DNA of 64,000 nt, from positions 1,794 through 65,793 of the forward strand of contig VRUN01000003.1 in NCBI GenBank assembly GCA_019456075.1, given 5' to 3'. Positions 16,862 to 27,550 of the stretch are shown one piece after another (within the stretch, counting starts at the first letter, position 1; the number at the start of each line of letters is the position of its first letter). The notes under the pieces are model-generated. The model did not search any database and was not told where the DNA came from. It worked only from the letters and a program-made list of their open reading frames with translations. The position numbers were made by a program, and so were the translations under genes. The DNA comes from Candidatus Methylomirabilota bacterium (lineage in GTDB: Bacteria; Methylomirabilota; Methylomirabilia; Methylomirabilales; CSP1-5).

Positions 16862-19060
16862 TCAGGCTCGGGTGAGCTGGGCGTGTTTCACCTTGAGTTT
16901 TTTCGTTCCGATCCCGGGAAAGGCCACGACGACGTTCATGTCGTCTCCATTGCCAATCCGCTCTCGGATCCTGCCCACCCCCCATTCAGGATGTCTGACC
17001 CTGATTCCCGGCTGGTAAAAGTCCACAAAAGGTACCTGATCCGTCTCCACGTCATATCGCAAGGCAGAAGGATCAAAACTGTCATGCGGCGTCGAATAGG
17101 GTGTGGCATAGGAAGGGGTCCGGGGCTCGATCCGTTGAAGGAGGTGAGCCGTGATCTCTTCCAAAAACCGGGAGGGAAGATTAAAGCTCTCCCCGCCGTA
17201 CAGTCGTCGCTGCACGGCCGCGGTGAGCAAAAGGCGCTTTTTGGCCCGCGTCATTCCCACGTAGCAAAGACGCCGCTCCTCTTCAAGCTCTTCCGGATCG
17301 GTGTAGGACCGACCGTGCGGGAAGACACCCTCCTCCATCCCGGCGATGATCACCACGGGAAACTCTAATCCCTTGGCCATGTGCAGTGTCATCAGGGTCA
17401 CCTTTCCGCGGACATCTTTCATCCCCTCGTCCACATCGGTGAGAAGCGCAACCATATCTAAGAATGCTTGCAGGGACGTGTCTTCGCTTCGCTGGACAAA
17501 GTCTTGAGCAGCCGAGATGAGCTCTTGGAGGTTCTCGATCCGAGCCAAAGCCTCTGGGGTCCCCTCCTGCTCCAACTGCGTCACATACCCGGTCTCGTGC
17601 AGGAGGGCCGAGACCAGGTCTGGCACCGAGAACTCGGAAACGCGAGTGACAAAGCGCTCAATAAGGGTTTGAAATTTCTGGAGAGCTTTCAGAGGTCGCG
17701 GCGACAGAAGTCCTTCCTTCTCGATTGACCCACACGCGTCCCACAGAGAAAGCCCCCTGCGCGCGGCAACTTCGGAGAGGCGATCCAAGCTCGCCCGGCC
17801 GATCCCTCGCGCCGGAACGTTCACGGCACGGAGAAAACTCACCGAGTCGGCCGGGTTCGCAATCAACCGAAGATACCCCAAGAGGTCTCGAATCTCCTTG
17901 CGCTCGTAGAACCGGAGGCCCCCCACAATGGCGTAAGGAACGACCGCCCGTCTCAAGGCATCCTCGAGAACTCGGGACTGGGCATTTACACGATAGAAGA
18001 CGGCACAGTCGTCAAGGCTGTAATCCTCGGTTACCACGAGATGTCTGATGGCCTCTACGATGAAGGTCGCTTCATCCCACTCATCCCTCGCGTGGTAGAA
18101 ACCGACCGGTTCTCCCACTTCATTCTCCGTCCACAGCGCCTTTACCTTGCGTCCGCGGTTTCGGACAATGACGGAGGAGGCTGCTTCCAAGACGCACTGG
18201 GTCGACCGATAGTTTTGTTCAAGCCGGATTACTTTGCAGAGTGGGTAGTCCCGTTCAAAATCCAAGATGTTTGCCAGGTCGGCCCCGCGCCACCGATAAA
18301 TTGACTGATCGTCATCCCCAACCACCGCCAGGTTCTGGTGTCGGTCGGCCAGCAGCCGGATCAACCGGTACTGGGCATGATTCGTATCCTGATACTCATC
18401 GACCATGATATAGCGCCACAGCTCATGATAGGCGTTGAGGATCAGCGGCCGCTCCATGAAGAGGCGGACGGTCTCCATCAAGAGGTCGTCAAAATCCAAG
18501 GCCCCGCTTCTCTGCAGTGCCGCCTGATAGCGGTAATAGATCTTCGCCACCCGCTCTTCCAGATAATCCGCCGCCTGGGCGGCAAACTCCGCCGGGGTGA
18601 GGAGATCATTCTTGGCGCGACTGATCCTGGCCCGGACCACCCCCGGGTGGATCACCCGTTCACCCAGATCCAACTCTTTGAGGCACTCTCGGAGGAGGGA
18701 GAGTTGATCGCCCTCGTCATAGATGACAAAAGAAGAACGAAGACCCAAGTGTTGTCCGTTTTTCCTCAGGATCTTGACGCAGGTGGCGTGGAAGGTCCCG
18801 ACCCAGACGTTCAGTCCCTCGGCCCCCAGGAGCTTGGCCACCCGCTCTCGCATTTCGCCGGCCGCCTTGTTGGTGAAGGTCACCGCGAGGACATTCCAGG
18901 GACGAACCTTATGTTCGCCGATCAGGTAGGCGATGCGGTGGGTAATGACGCGTGTCTTCCCCGATCCGGCCCCGGCCAGGATGAGAAGGGGTCCTTCGGT
19001 ATGGAGGACCGCCTCCCGCTGCGGCGGGTTCAGCTCGATCAGATAAGTTGCAGAGTCCAC
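16862..19060 (-). CDS. pcrA: ATP-dependent DNA helicase PcrA/UvrD (SF1A)
   Basis: 732 aa with Walker A AGAGSGKTRVITHRIAYL, DEYQDTN and the full set of UvrD helicase motifs. Confidence 0.94.
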   Translation of the reverse strand: MDSATYLIELNPPQREAVLHTEGPLLILAGAGSGKTRVITHRIAYLIGEHKVRPWNVLAVTFTNKAAGEMRERVAKLLGAEGLNVWVGTFHATCVKILRKNGQHLGLRSSFVIYDEGDQLSLLRECLKELDLGERVIHPGVVRARISRAKNDLLTPAEFAAQAADYLEERVAKIYYRYQAALQRSGALDFDDLLMETVRLFMERPLILNAYHELWRYIMVDEYQDTNHAQYRLIRLLADRHQNLAVVGDDDQSIYRWRGADLANILDFERDYPLCKVIRLEQNYRSTQCVLEAASSVIVRNRGRKVKALWTENEVGEPVGFYHARDEWDEATFIVEAIRHLVVTEDYSLDDCAVFYRVNAQSRVLEDALRRAVVPYAIVGGLRFYERKEIRDLLGYLRLIANPADSVSFLRAVNVPARGIGRASLDRLSEVAARRGLSLWDACGSIEKEGLLSPRPLKALQKFQTLIERFVTRVSEFSVPDLVSALLHETGYVTQLEQEGTPEALARIENLQELISAAQDFVQRSEDTSLQAFLDMVALLTDVDEGMKDVRGKVTLMTLHMAKGLEFPVVIIAGMEEGVFPHGRSYTDPEELEEERRLCYVGMTRAKKRLLLTAAVQRRLYGGESFNLPSRFLEEITAHLLQRIEPRTPSYATPYSTPHDSFDPSALRYDVETDQVPFVDFYQPGIRVRHPEWGVGRIRERIGNGDDMNVVVAFPGIGTKKLKVKHAQLTRA

Positions 19061-19077
19061 TGATCCTCTCGGGGAGG

Positions 19078-20844
19078 TTAGAGCAGATGTTTGTCGACCA
19101 GGGCCCGATTATAGGCTCGGATAATGTGGGCCCGCGAGATGATGCCCAATAACTTCTTGGGGTCGTTCGGATCCACCACCGGCAAGTGCCCCAGGTCTCG
19201 CACGTGGAAGCGGACCAGGACATCATGCAGGCTGTTGTCCGGAGTGACCGTAACCAAATCCTTGGTGGCGAGTTCCCCCACCTTGGCCTGCAGGTCTCCA
19301 TCCCCCAGGGCCCTTTGGACATCCTGGGCCGTGACCACCCCAGTGAGCTCCCCAGAGTGGTTCAACACCGGGAACCACTCATGCTGCTCCTCGGCGGACC
19401 TCTGGAGGAATCCCTCGACGGTCATCTCCTCAGGCACCCAGAGGAGTCGATGGGTCATGCCCTCGCGCACCGGGGTCGCAGCCATGATGTCCACGTCCCG
19501 CCCCGCCCGGAATCTGATACCCCGCTTTACGAGCTTGAGGGTGTAAATCGTCTCCTTGTTCAGCACGTTATAGATGAGGACACTGATCACCGTGCTGGTC
19601 ATGATCGGCAGGATGATACGGTAGTCGCCGGTCATCTCAAAGATGATGATGATGGCGGTGATGGGCGCCTGGGCCGCCCCACCGAAGACCGCCCCCATCC
19701 CGACCAGGGCATAAGCCCCCGGACCTGCAGTGAAGCTAGGAAAGATGCCATGGACAATGTGGCCGTAGGCCCCGCCCAGCATGGCCCCCACAAACAGGGC
19801 GGGAGCAAAGACCCCCCCGGATCCTCCCGAGCCAAGGGTCAGTGGGGTAGCCACCATCTTGGCGAAGATGAGGATCACCAGGAGGAAGAACGAAGTTCTC
19901 CCGTTCAAGGCCTCCTCAATGGCCGGGAAACCGGTTCCGAAAATCTGAGGAAGGAAGACCCCCATCACCCCCACGAGGACACCGCCCACGGCAGGTTTCC
20001 AGTAGGGGGGAAACCGCCAGTCATCGAAGCGGTCCTCAAACCAGTAGAGCACGCGCACGAAGGCTACCGCGGCCAGGCCGGCGAGGATTCCGAGCAACAC
20101 ATAAAGGGGCATCTCATTTGCGCTCAGCAGGCCGTAGGCTGGAACTGTGAAGGAAGGAAAATCGCCCAGCACGGCGCGGGAGACGATGGCCGAGGCCACG
20201 GAGGAGAGGACCACCAGACTGAAGTCGAGATTGACCCGCCCCATGAAGATCTCGAGGGCGAACATCGCGCCCGCAATAGGGGCGTTGAAGGTGGCGGCGA
20301 TTCCCCCGGCAGCCCCGCACGCCACGAGCGTCTTGATCCGATCATCGGACATCCTGAGGAATTGTCCCACGGTAGAGCCGATCCCGGCCCCAATCTGGAT
20401 CATGGGCCCTTCTCGACCCGCAGAGCCGCCCGAGCCGATGGTGAAGGCGGAGGCCAGGATCTTGATGAAGGCCACCCGCTTCCGAATCCGTCCCCCCATG
20501 ACCGCGATCGCTGTCATGACCTCAGGGACCCCATGGCCTTTAGCTTCCTGGGCGAAGCGATGGATGAGGGGACCGACGATGAGGCCCCCGATCGCCGGCA
20601 GGAGGATGACATAATACCTCCCCAAGAGGCTAAGTGCCCCGCGGCCGGTCTCGAAGAAAATGTAGGTGGTATACTCGAGGAGCTTAATGAAGGTTACGGA
20701 CCCAACACCGGTGGCGAGCCCCACAAGGATAGAGACGACAGTGAGATAGGCCCCTTCCGGGATACGGGGGTGATAGGCGAGACGGAGAAGCGTGCGCCGG
20801 AGATAACCAGGGGATGCTCTTTGCTCTTCCTTTTCCTCGGCCAT
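19078..20844 (-). CDS. ClC-family chloride channel/antiporter with C-terminal CBS pair
   Basis: 588 aa with GSGGSAGREGP and GGVFAPALFVG selectivity motifs. CBS domains lie in the last ~140 aa. Confidence 0.92.
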   Translation of the reverse strand: MAEEKEEQRASPGYLRRTLLRLAYHPRIPEGAYLTVVSILVGLATGVGSVTFIKLLEYTTYIFFETGRGALSLLGRYYVILLPAIGGLIVGPLIHRFAQEAKGHGVPEVMTAIAVMGGRIRKRVAFIKILASAFTIGSGGSAGREGPMIQIGAGIGSTVGQFLRMSDDRIKTLVACGAAGGIAATFNAPIAGAMFALEIFMGRVNLDFSLVVLSSVASAIVSRAVLGDFPSFTVPAYGLLSANEMPLYVLLGILAGLAAVAFVRVLYWFEDRFDDWRFPPYWKPAVGGVLVGVMGVFLPQIFGTGFPAIEEALNGRTSFFLLVILIFAKMVATPLTLGSGGSGGVFAPALFVGAMLGGAYGHIVHGIFPSFTAGPGAYALVGMGAVFGGAAQAPITAIIIIFEMTGDYRIILPIMTSTVISVLIYNVLNKETIYTLKLVKRGIRFRAGRDVDIMAATPVREGMTHRLLWVPEEMTVEGFLQRSAEEQHEWFPVLNHSGELTGVVTAQDVQRALGDGDLQAKVGELATKDLVTVTPDNSLHDVLVRFHVRDLGHLPVVDPNDPKKLLGIISRAHIIRAYNRALVDKHLL

Positions 20845-20924
20845 GCGTTACATCGGCCTCCCTGCCTCTGGAACCTCCCGGCAGATTCCGCGCAACCGCA
20901 AAACCCGTCCTCTTTTCGTCCCAC

Positions 20925-22754
20925 CTACTCTACGGTAACACTCTTAGCAAGATTCCGCGGTTGATCGACATCACAGCCTTTGTGCACGGCGATATGGTAG
21001 GCGAGCAGCTGCAGAGGAATCACCAACAGGATCGGGGCCAGGTGCGGATTGATGGCCGGGATGGCTACATGGTGATCGACTCGAGAGAAGAGATCCGTAT
21101 CCCCCTGGGTCCCCATGGCGATCACGACCCCCCCCCTAGCCTTGACCTCCTGGATGTTCGCGAGAATCTTCGCATGGGTCCGATCCTGCGGGGCTAGGAC
21201 GACCACCGGCATCTGCGCATCGATCAAGGCGATCGGACCATGCTTCATTTCCCCAGCCGGATAGCCCTCAGCATGGATATACGAGATCTCCTTGAGCTTT
21301 AAGGCCCCCTCCAGGGCAATGGGGTAATTAATCCCGCGGCCCAGGAAGAGGAAGTCGGAACGCTGATAGAAGAGATGGCTCAGCCGCTCGACTACATCAT
21401 CGCACTGCAGCGTCTCTTCAGCCAACTGGGGCAGACGCAAGAGCGCGGCCAACAGCTCTTGGACCCGGGCGGTGTCCAGGCATCCTTTGCGGCGCCCGAG
21501 GTACAGGGCAAACAGATACAAGGCGGTGAGCTGCGCGGTGAAAGCCTTTGTTGAGGCTACACCGATCTCCGGTCCGGCATAGGTATAGATCACCCCATCA
21601 CTCTCTCGGGCGATGGAGCTCCCCACCACATTGACGATGGAGACCACCCGGCACCCGTGCGTCTTCGCCTCTCGGAGCGCAACGAGGGTGTCCAGGGTCT
21701 CTCCGGACTGACTGATGGCAAGCACCAATGTTTCTGGATTGAGGATGGGATCCCGATAGCGGAACTCCGAGCTGTAGTCAACCTCCACCGGAACCCGGCA
21801 GAGAGACTCCAGGAGAAACTTCGCCACTAACGTTGCATGCCAGGATGTACCACAGGCCACGAGGACCAGCCGCTGGACGAACGGGAGTAATTCCTCTACT
21901 GCCTCCATCCCGTCGAGATAGATCTCACCGGCCTCCAGGGAGTAACGACCCAGGATCGTATCGCGAATGGCCCGGGGCTGTTCATAGATCTCCTTCAGCA
22001 TGAAATGCTTGTAGCCCCCCTTCTCTACCAGGATGGGGCTCCAGGGGATTTGCTCCACCGTGCGATGGACCGGGTCTCCTTCTAACGTGGTAACCTCGAC
22101 CCCTTCCCGGCTGATCACAGCGATCTCATGATCCTCGAGAAAAAGGACATTGCGCGTGTGACCGATCAGCGCAGGGATGTCGGAGGCAACAAGGAACTCG
22201 CCTTCCCCAAACCCTACCACCAATGGGCTGGAGCATTTGGCCCCCACAATCCGGTCTGGGTCTCCTTTCCACATCGCCGCGATGGCATACGCCCCCGAGA
22301 CCTCCCGAAGGGCGCGCCGCACCGCCTCCTCCAGGTCGCCCTCGAGGTACTTCTCAATGAGATGGACGATCACCTCGGTGTCAGTATCCGACGTGAACCG
22401 GTGCCCCTCGCCGGTCAGTTTCTCTTTCAGAGGCACGTAGTTCTCAATGATCCCGTTGTGAACCAGCACGATCTCGCCGGCGCAGTCGACATGGGGATGG
22501 GCGTTTTCCTCGGAGGGGCGACCGTGAGTGGCCCAGCGGGTATGGCCAATGCCGATGTCACCACCCAGATCTCTGCCCCACAGGGTATTTTCGAGCTCCT
22601 TGATCTTTCCGACACTCCGGGAGATCTGCAGCTCCCCTTGGTGGAGGAAGGCGATTCCCGCGGAATCGTAGCCCCGGTACTCGAGCCGCTTCAACCCATC
22701 TAGGAGAACCGGAATCACGTTCTTGGGGCCTACGTATCCGATAATCCCACACAT
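20925..22754 (-). CDS. glmS: Glutamine--fructose-6-phosphate aminotransferase
   Basis: 609 aa with N-terminal MCGIIGYVG (Cys nucleophile), two SIS domains and a C-terminal ...AKSVTVE. Confidence 0.97.
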   Translation of the reverse strand: MCGIIGYVGPKNVIPVLLDGLKRLEYRGYDSAGIAFLHQGELQISRSVGKIKELENTLWGRDLGGDIGIGHTRWATHGRPSEENAHPHVDCAGEIVLVHNGIIENYVPLKEKLTGEGHRFTSDTDTEVIVHLIEKYLEGDLEEAVRRALREVSGAYAIAAMWKGDPDRIVGAKCSSPLVVGFGEGEFLVASDIPALIGHTRNVLFLEDHEIAVISREGVEVTTLEGDPVHRTVEQIPWSPILVEKGGYKHFMLKEIYEQPRAIRDTILGRYSLEAGEIYLDGMEAVEELLPFVQRLVLVACGTSWHATLVAKFLLESLCRVPVEVDYSSEFRYRDPILNPETLVLAISQSGETLDTLVALREAKTHGCRVVSIVNVVGSSIARESDGVIYTYAGPEIGVASTKAFTAQLTALYLFALYLGRRKGCLDTARVQELLAALLRLPQLAEETLQCDDVVERLSHLFYQRSDFLFLGRGINYPIALEGALKLKEISYIHAEGYPAGEMKHGPIALIDAQMPVVVLAPQDRTHAKILANIQEVKARGGVVIAMGTQGDTDLFSRVDHHVAIPAINPHLAPILLVIPLQLLAYHIAVHKGCDVDQPRNLAKSVTVE

Positions 22755-22787
22755 GCAGTCCGACCTCTCGCGATCAGTCCCCAGCCA

Positions 22788-24200
22788 TTAATCATCGTCA
22801 GCCTTTGGCGGCGCCATGGCCTGCCGCTTCTTGCGGGTCTCCGCTGCCCGCCCCTCCTTGGTCACCTGCGCGGCCCGGCCAAAGGCCACCGCGTCCGGCG
22901 GCACCGTCTCCGTGATCGTCGAGCCCGCCGCAATAATGGCCCCCCGCCCCACTCTGATCGGTGCCACCAGGTTTGTGTTGCTCCCCACAAAGACTTCGTC
23001 CTCGATCACCGTCTCGTGCTTCGCAAAGCCATCGTAATTGCACGTGATCGTCCCCGCCCCAATGTTGACCTTCGCCCCCAGCGTCGCGTCCCCGATATAC
23101 GCCAGGTGCGGGACCTTGGCCCCTGCCCCCAGCACCGCTTTCTTCACCTCGCAGAAATTGCCCACCTTCGCCTTCGCCTTCAGCTGACTCTGGGGCCGGA
23201 GATGTGCATACGGCCCGATCACACACCCCTCGGCAATCTCACTCTGGACGATCACGGAGCCGTCCAGGACCGTCACCCCCTCGTCCAGGTGAGCATCCTG
23301 AATCCGGCAGTGGGGATAGAGCACGCACCCCGCCCCGATGGTGGTCGCTCCCTGAAGGACGACCCCGGGGTAGACGACAGTATCGGGGCCGATCGTGACG
23401 GTATCGTCGATATAGGTGGCCGCGGGGTCGAGCAGGGTGACGCCGGCGGCCATCAGGCGCTCGTGCACCCGGTGCCGCAGGAGTGACGCGGCCTGGGCCA
23501 ATTCCGCCCGGGTGTTGATCCCCAGTACCTCGGTGGGATCAGGCGCGAGCAGCGTGTGTACCTTCCGCCTTTGGGACACGTAGACCCGAACCACCTCCGG
23601 GAGGAAAAACTCCCCCTTCACCGGCGAGCGCTTCACCGCCTTCAGCGCCGGGAAGAGGAACGGGCCAGCGAAACAGTAAAGGCTCGTATTGATCTCGCTC
23701 AGACGCTTCTCTTTCGCGGTGGCCTCAACCTCTTCGACAATGCGACGGAGGCGTCCCTGACGGTCACGCAGGATCCGCCCGTAGCCCGTCGGGTCCGCTA
23801 CGCGGGCGGTGAGGAGGGTCGCTACGGCTCTTGCTGCGCGGTGGGTATCAAGGAGCTGTCGCACCGTTTCGTCGGTGAGGAGCGGGGAATCGCCCGCCAG
23901 GACCAGGACGGCCCCGGCAAAGCCCTGGAGCGCCGCCTCAGTCTGCAACACCGCGTGGGCCGTCCCCTGAGGCTCGGCCTGGGAGACAAACTCGACCGGA
24001 CGCCCGGCCAGGGCCTTCCTGACCGCCTCCGCCTGGGCGCCCACCACGACCAGCACCCTTTTCACCCCGAGCCGGAGGCAGAGATCCACCGAATGGTGCA
24101 CCAGAGGCCGGCCTAAGAGGGGGTGGAGGACCTTGACGGTCCCGGATCGCATCCGCGTCCCCTCACCGGCGGCTAAGATCACGGCAGAGACATCGTGCAT
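22788..24200 (-). CDS. glmU: Bifunctional UDP-GlcNAc pyrophosphorylase / GlcN-1-P acetyltransferase
   Basis: 470 aa with N-terminal ILAAGEGTRMRS and C-terminal left-handed beta-helix hexapeptide repeats. Confidence 0.95.
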   Translation of the reverse strand: MHDVSAVILAAGEGTRMRSGTVKVLHPLLGRPLVHHSVDLCLRLGVKRVLVVVGAQAEAVRKALAGRPVEFVSQAEPQGTAHAVLQTEAALQGFAGAVLVLAGDSPLLTDETVRQLLDTHRAARAVATLLTARVADPTGYGRILRDRQGRLRRIVEEVEATAKEKRLSEINTSLYCFAGPFLFPALKAVKRSPVKGEFFLPEVVRVYVSQRRKVHTLLAPDPTEVLGINTRAELAQAASLLRHRVHERLMAAGVTLLDPAATYIDDTVTIGPDTVVYPGVVLQGATTIGAGCVLYPHCRIQDAHLDEGVTVLDGSVIVQSEIAEGCVIGPYAHLRPQSQLKAKAKVGNFCEVKKAVLGAGAKVPHLAYIGDATLGAKVNIGAGTITCNYDGFAKHETVIEDEVFVGSNTNLVAPIRVGRGAIIAAGSTITETVPPDAVAFGRAAQVTKEGRAAETRKKRQAMAPPKADDD

Positions 24201-24507
24201 TTCCGCCTCCTTGGCCCGCCGATCCCGAGTGGGTCAACCTGTCGTCCCGCGGATCATTCGGCGGCCCATATGCTAGCACAGGGCCTTACATGGCGAAAGT
24301 AAAAGCTTGAGGCTCGATGTCCCCATTGCCCGAATTTGGACCACCCGATCCGCTCTGTTTGTCCCAGATCGAAGGCAACAGGGAGATGCGGTCGAAAGAA
24401 TTCGACATCCTCCTCGATGTCGAGCGGTACAGTCCGATATGACGAAGAGGGTGCAAAATCAATGCCCAACCGTCCAGCCTTTTCGCAAATGAGGAGACAG
24501 ACCCGGG

Positions 24508-25431
24508 TCATCCGTGTAAATAGCCGAAGCGGCGGAGGGCCTCCGCATCCTTCCGCCACGCCTTGCGGACCTTGACCCACAGGCCCAGATAGACGCGGGT
24601 GCCGAAGATCCGCTCGATTTCGTTGCGGGCTTGCTGGCCGATCTTCTTGAGCATCTGGCCCCCGGCCCCAATCAGGATCCCCTTCTGGGAATCCTTCTCG
24701 ACATAGATGGTGGCCTGGATGTCCATGATCCGCTCCTCCTGCCGCTCTCCCATCTCGTCGACCTGAACGGCCACGGCGTAAGGGACCTCCTGGTGCATCA
24801 GTTGGAAGACCTTTTCCCGGATAATTTCAGCCACCAAAAGATATTGGGGCTGATCCGTCGCCTGCTCAGGTGGAAAGAAACGAGGGGCCTCTGGAAGATA
24901 CGTGATCAGGATGTGCTCTAACCGGTCCATGTTGACCCCCTCCGTGACTGAGATGGGTATCACCTCAGCTGATGGCATCAGTTTCTGACACGCATCGATC
25001 ATGGGAAGGAGTTCCGGCTTCGCCCTGACCAGGTCCACTTTATTCAGGGCAACGACAATCGGGGTTTGGACCTCCCTCAGATGTCCCTGAATCTGCCGAT
25101 CCTCATCGGAAAGGGGACCGGAGGCATCGATCATCCAGAGAATGAGATCCACATCGTCTAAGGTCTTGAGGGCGAGCCGGACCATCTCCCGATTAAAAAG
25201 GGTCTCGGCGTGGTGGATGCCAGGGGTATCCCAGAAGATCATCTGGTACATCTCGGTCGTCTTCACGCCAGCAATCCGATTGCGGGTGGTTTGGGGCTTC
25301 GGTGAAACAGCAGTCACCTTCTGACCCACAAAGCAGTTCATCAGCGTGGACTTGCCGACATTGGGCCGACCAATGATGGCAATAAAACCTGCCTTATGAT
25401 CCGCGGGAACTTTGGTCATATTGGCGCCCAT
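24508..25431 (-). CDS. era: GTPase Era
   Basis: GRPNVGKSTL P-loop, DTPG, NKVD and a C-terminal KH domain. Confidence 0.95.
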   Translation of the reverse strand: MGANMTKVPADHKAGFIAIIGRPNVGKSTLMNCFVGQKVTAVSPKPQTTRNRIAGVKTTEMYQMIFWDTPGIHHAETLFNREMVRLALKTLDDVDLILWMIDASGPLSDEDRQIQGHLREVQTPIVVALNKVDLVRAKPELLPMIDACQKLMPSAEVIPISVTEGVNMDRLEHILITYLPEAPRFFPPEQATDQPQYLLVAEIIREKVFQLMHQEVPYAVAVQVDEMGERQEERIMDIQATIYVEKDSQKGILIGAGGQMLKKIGQQARNEIERIFGTRVYLGLWVKVRKAWRKDAEALRRFGYLHG

Positions 25432-25643
25432 GCGGGAACGATAGCAAGGTTTGGGCGATCCGGCAATCGCCGACTCTCTCGACGGAGTTCTCGGCCACGG
25501 GGCAGCAAGGACGCTGGAAGGGTCGGTCCCGAGGCCAGATGCTGGCCCAGTGGAATCGGGGCGGTTATCTTAACGGCCGGGACGATGCAGGGGGGTATGA
25601 GCAACGCGGAAAGGCAGGTGAGGAGCTGGGAGGATTGATGAGT

Positions 25644-26084
25644 TCAACTATTCACTGACCGGATCGGTTCAAGAGTGCCAAGAAATTCTAGCCCGCTTCG
25701 ATAAATCACATCGCGCTCCCCGTTAGACCCGAGCTCAGATCGGTGGGCCACCGAGCAGACCACCCGACACCTCAGCCCCATCTTTTTCTCGGGAAACAAG
25801 AGGCGCAGGAACAAGGCCGTCCCAGGCTGGACCGGGTTTAAGTGCTCCACCAGGGCCCCCCCCTGGCTGATATTGATAAGAGTGACCTCGTGGATAGGGG
25901 TAATCCGCGCCACGAACAGGTCTCCTACTTCTCCCACGACCCATCGGGGATAGTGCCGCCGGTTTTCCTTCACCCGCCTCACTCGCACGACTCGACCTCG
26001 TCGCAACCTTTCGCCTTGGAGAGCCACAACGACCCTCCCGGGCCGTACCGGACCCGAGAAGGCAGCGCCTGACGATGGACTCAC
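25644..26084 (-). CDS. PilZ domain protein
   Basis: RRHYPR..., NISQGGALVEH, CRVVCSVAHRSE, YRSGLEFL. The GTG start overlaps the upstream stop (GTGA). Confidence 0.8.
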   Translation of the reverse strand: MSPSSGAAFSGPVRPGRVVVALQGERLRRGRVVRVRRVKENRRHYPRWVVGEVGDLFVARITPIHEVTLINISQGGALVEHLNPVQPGTALFLRLLFPEKKMGLRCRVVCSVAHRSELGSNGERDVIYRSGLEFLGTLEPIRSVNS

Positions 26085-26824
26085 GGTTCGGTCAGCGGCT
26101 GCTCCCCTTCTCCTTCCGGCGTTGCCTCATCCGAGTCGACGAGCTGTCGAAGGAGGGCGCCGATAAGGAAGAGCTCCTTCCCGATGTCGTCCGAGCAGAA
26201 CCGCAGGCCGTGGAGCACGCTCTCTAGGGTGGGAGCACTGCGATTCCACACCACTTCCATCTCCGCCTCCACCGCGGGAAGGGTAAACCACGGGGGAATC
26301 TCAACGGTCAGCAGCGTGCGAGGAGAGAGCCCCTGGCCGACGGCGAGCTGCAGGCCGCCCTCGCTGATATTCTCGGCTTGACCTGTCACGCGCATATCTG
26401 GGGGAATCCTGCAGGCGACTTCCAGGGCGATCGGCAGGCGGACAGAGGCCCGGGGGGTCGGGCCCGCCTGGAGGACCAAGAGCCGTTCCCAGGTGGCAAG
26501 GTCGCCCCCCGTCAGTGCGGTGAATTTGAGACCCATCCGGGACGGGGGATCTTCGGCTTTCCAGACCACCACTGCTTCAGCCCGAGCGTTACGGTCCCCC
26601 GTGAGCAAGAGGAGGTTTATTGACGTACCCGCGGCCAGCGGCTGTGGGACCTCGAGCAGGAGCCCGTCCCGGCTCACGTTTTGCGTGAGACCGACGGTCC
26701 GGTAGACGGAGACCGCCGGGCTCTCACAAAAGACAGGCATCCGAAGCGGAAGCCGGGGATGCTGGCGGGTCGCGGCATGGTCCATGCGCTCTTCCACGGT
26801 CGCTCTAGGTCGCTTTGTATTCAT
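26081..26824 (-). CDS. Tandem (di-)PilZ domain protein
   Basis: There are two PilZ-like modules. The first is RQHPRLPL...QNVSRDGLLLE and the second is RASVRLPI...ENISEGGLQL. Confidence 0.78.
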   Translation of the reverse strand: MNTKRPRATVEERMDHAATRQHPRLPLRMPVFCESPAVSVYRTVGLTQNVSRDGLLLEVPQPLAAGTSINLLLLTGDRNARAEAVVVWKAEDPPSRMGLKFTALTGGDLATWERLLVLQAGPTPRASVRLPIALEVACRIPPDMRVTGQAENISEGGLQLAVGQGLSPRTLLTVEIPPWFTLPAVEAEMEVVWNRSAPTLESVLHGLRFCSDDIGKELFLIGALLRQLVDSDEATPEGEGEQPLTEP

Positions 26825-26908
26825 CCTCTATGTGGGTCGGTAGCCAATTGAGAATTAGGAGAGTCCTAGGATTATACCCCGGGGCATCTCCGTCGCACGC
26901 GATTTTGA

Positions 26909-27400
26909 TTACACGCTGAGCGCGCTTACAATCCCCTTCAGCCGAGCGGGACTAATGGGCTTCTCGAGAAACTCCAATACCTTCAGCTCCTCTGCCTGAG
27001 TCTTGACATGCTTACTCTCTTCAGCGCCAACCACAACGATGGCAATCGCTGGATTGAAGGCCCGGAAGATGCGCACGAGATCCCAACCGCTCAGGGCGAC
27101 GCCATGAACTGGAGGAAGGTCGAGGTCAATAATAGCGACCTCGAAAGGATAATCCTTTATCTTCTTGATGGCCTGCCAGCTATCTGCAGCGGTCTCGACG
27201 GCATACCCGGCTCTGAGGAGCGACACCCGTAATCCCTCTCGGCTATGGAGTTCATTATCCACGACAAGAATCTTCTTTTGTTCCGGTGCTGGCACACTAG
27301 GCTGCTCAACGCGGACCGGCGTTTCACCGCTTTCCGGCCTGCGCAGCAGGGCTCGTTTAGCCACACCACGCTTTTGAGGGGCAATTCGTCTTTTCCCCAT
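26909..27400 (-). CDS. Single-domain CheY-like response regulator
   Basis: KKILVVDNE...VAIIDLDLPP...LEKP receiver domain preceded by ~50 basic residues. Start chosen at ATG 27400. The longer ORF to 27583 has non-protein-like sequence and would cover the promoter. Confidence 0.78.
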   Translation of the reverse strand: MGKRRIAPQKRGVAKRALLRRPESGETPVRVEQPSVPAPEQKKILVVDNELHSREGLRVSLLRAGYAVETAADSWQAIKKIKDYPFEVAIIDLDLPPVHGVALSGWDLVRIFRAFNPAIAIVVVGAEESKHVKTQAEELKVLEFLEKPISPARLKGIVSALSV

Positions 27401-27550
27401 TTCGCTCTTTGGGAGGATGCCTTCAGGCGACCGTACGGACAAGAAGGAACGCTCGCCGTAAGTGCATCGAGCACTAGTGCTAGGGTCTGCCGTTATAAAG
27501 CACGCTGGTATGAAGGGCACTTCCAGAAAAAATCCTCTTGATGCGCATAA

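Noticed and set aside
19186-20964. Very long antisense ORFs: 592 aa opposite the ClC gene, 605 aa at 34974..36791 opposite aspS, 476 aa at 2395..3825, and many 100-300-aa ones.
   Set aside because: These are typical shadow ORFs of GC-rich DNA. Their translations are Arg/Pro/Gly/His-rich, low-complexity and without motifs, while the opposite strand carries clearly recognisable conserved proteins.
24201-24507. A possible glmS ribozyme or other riboswitch upstream of glmU-glmS.
   Set aside because: I could not recognise the glmS ribozyme core as I remember it. The gap also precedes glmU rather than glmS, and the lineage does not look Firmicute-like. This needs cmscan to be sure.
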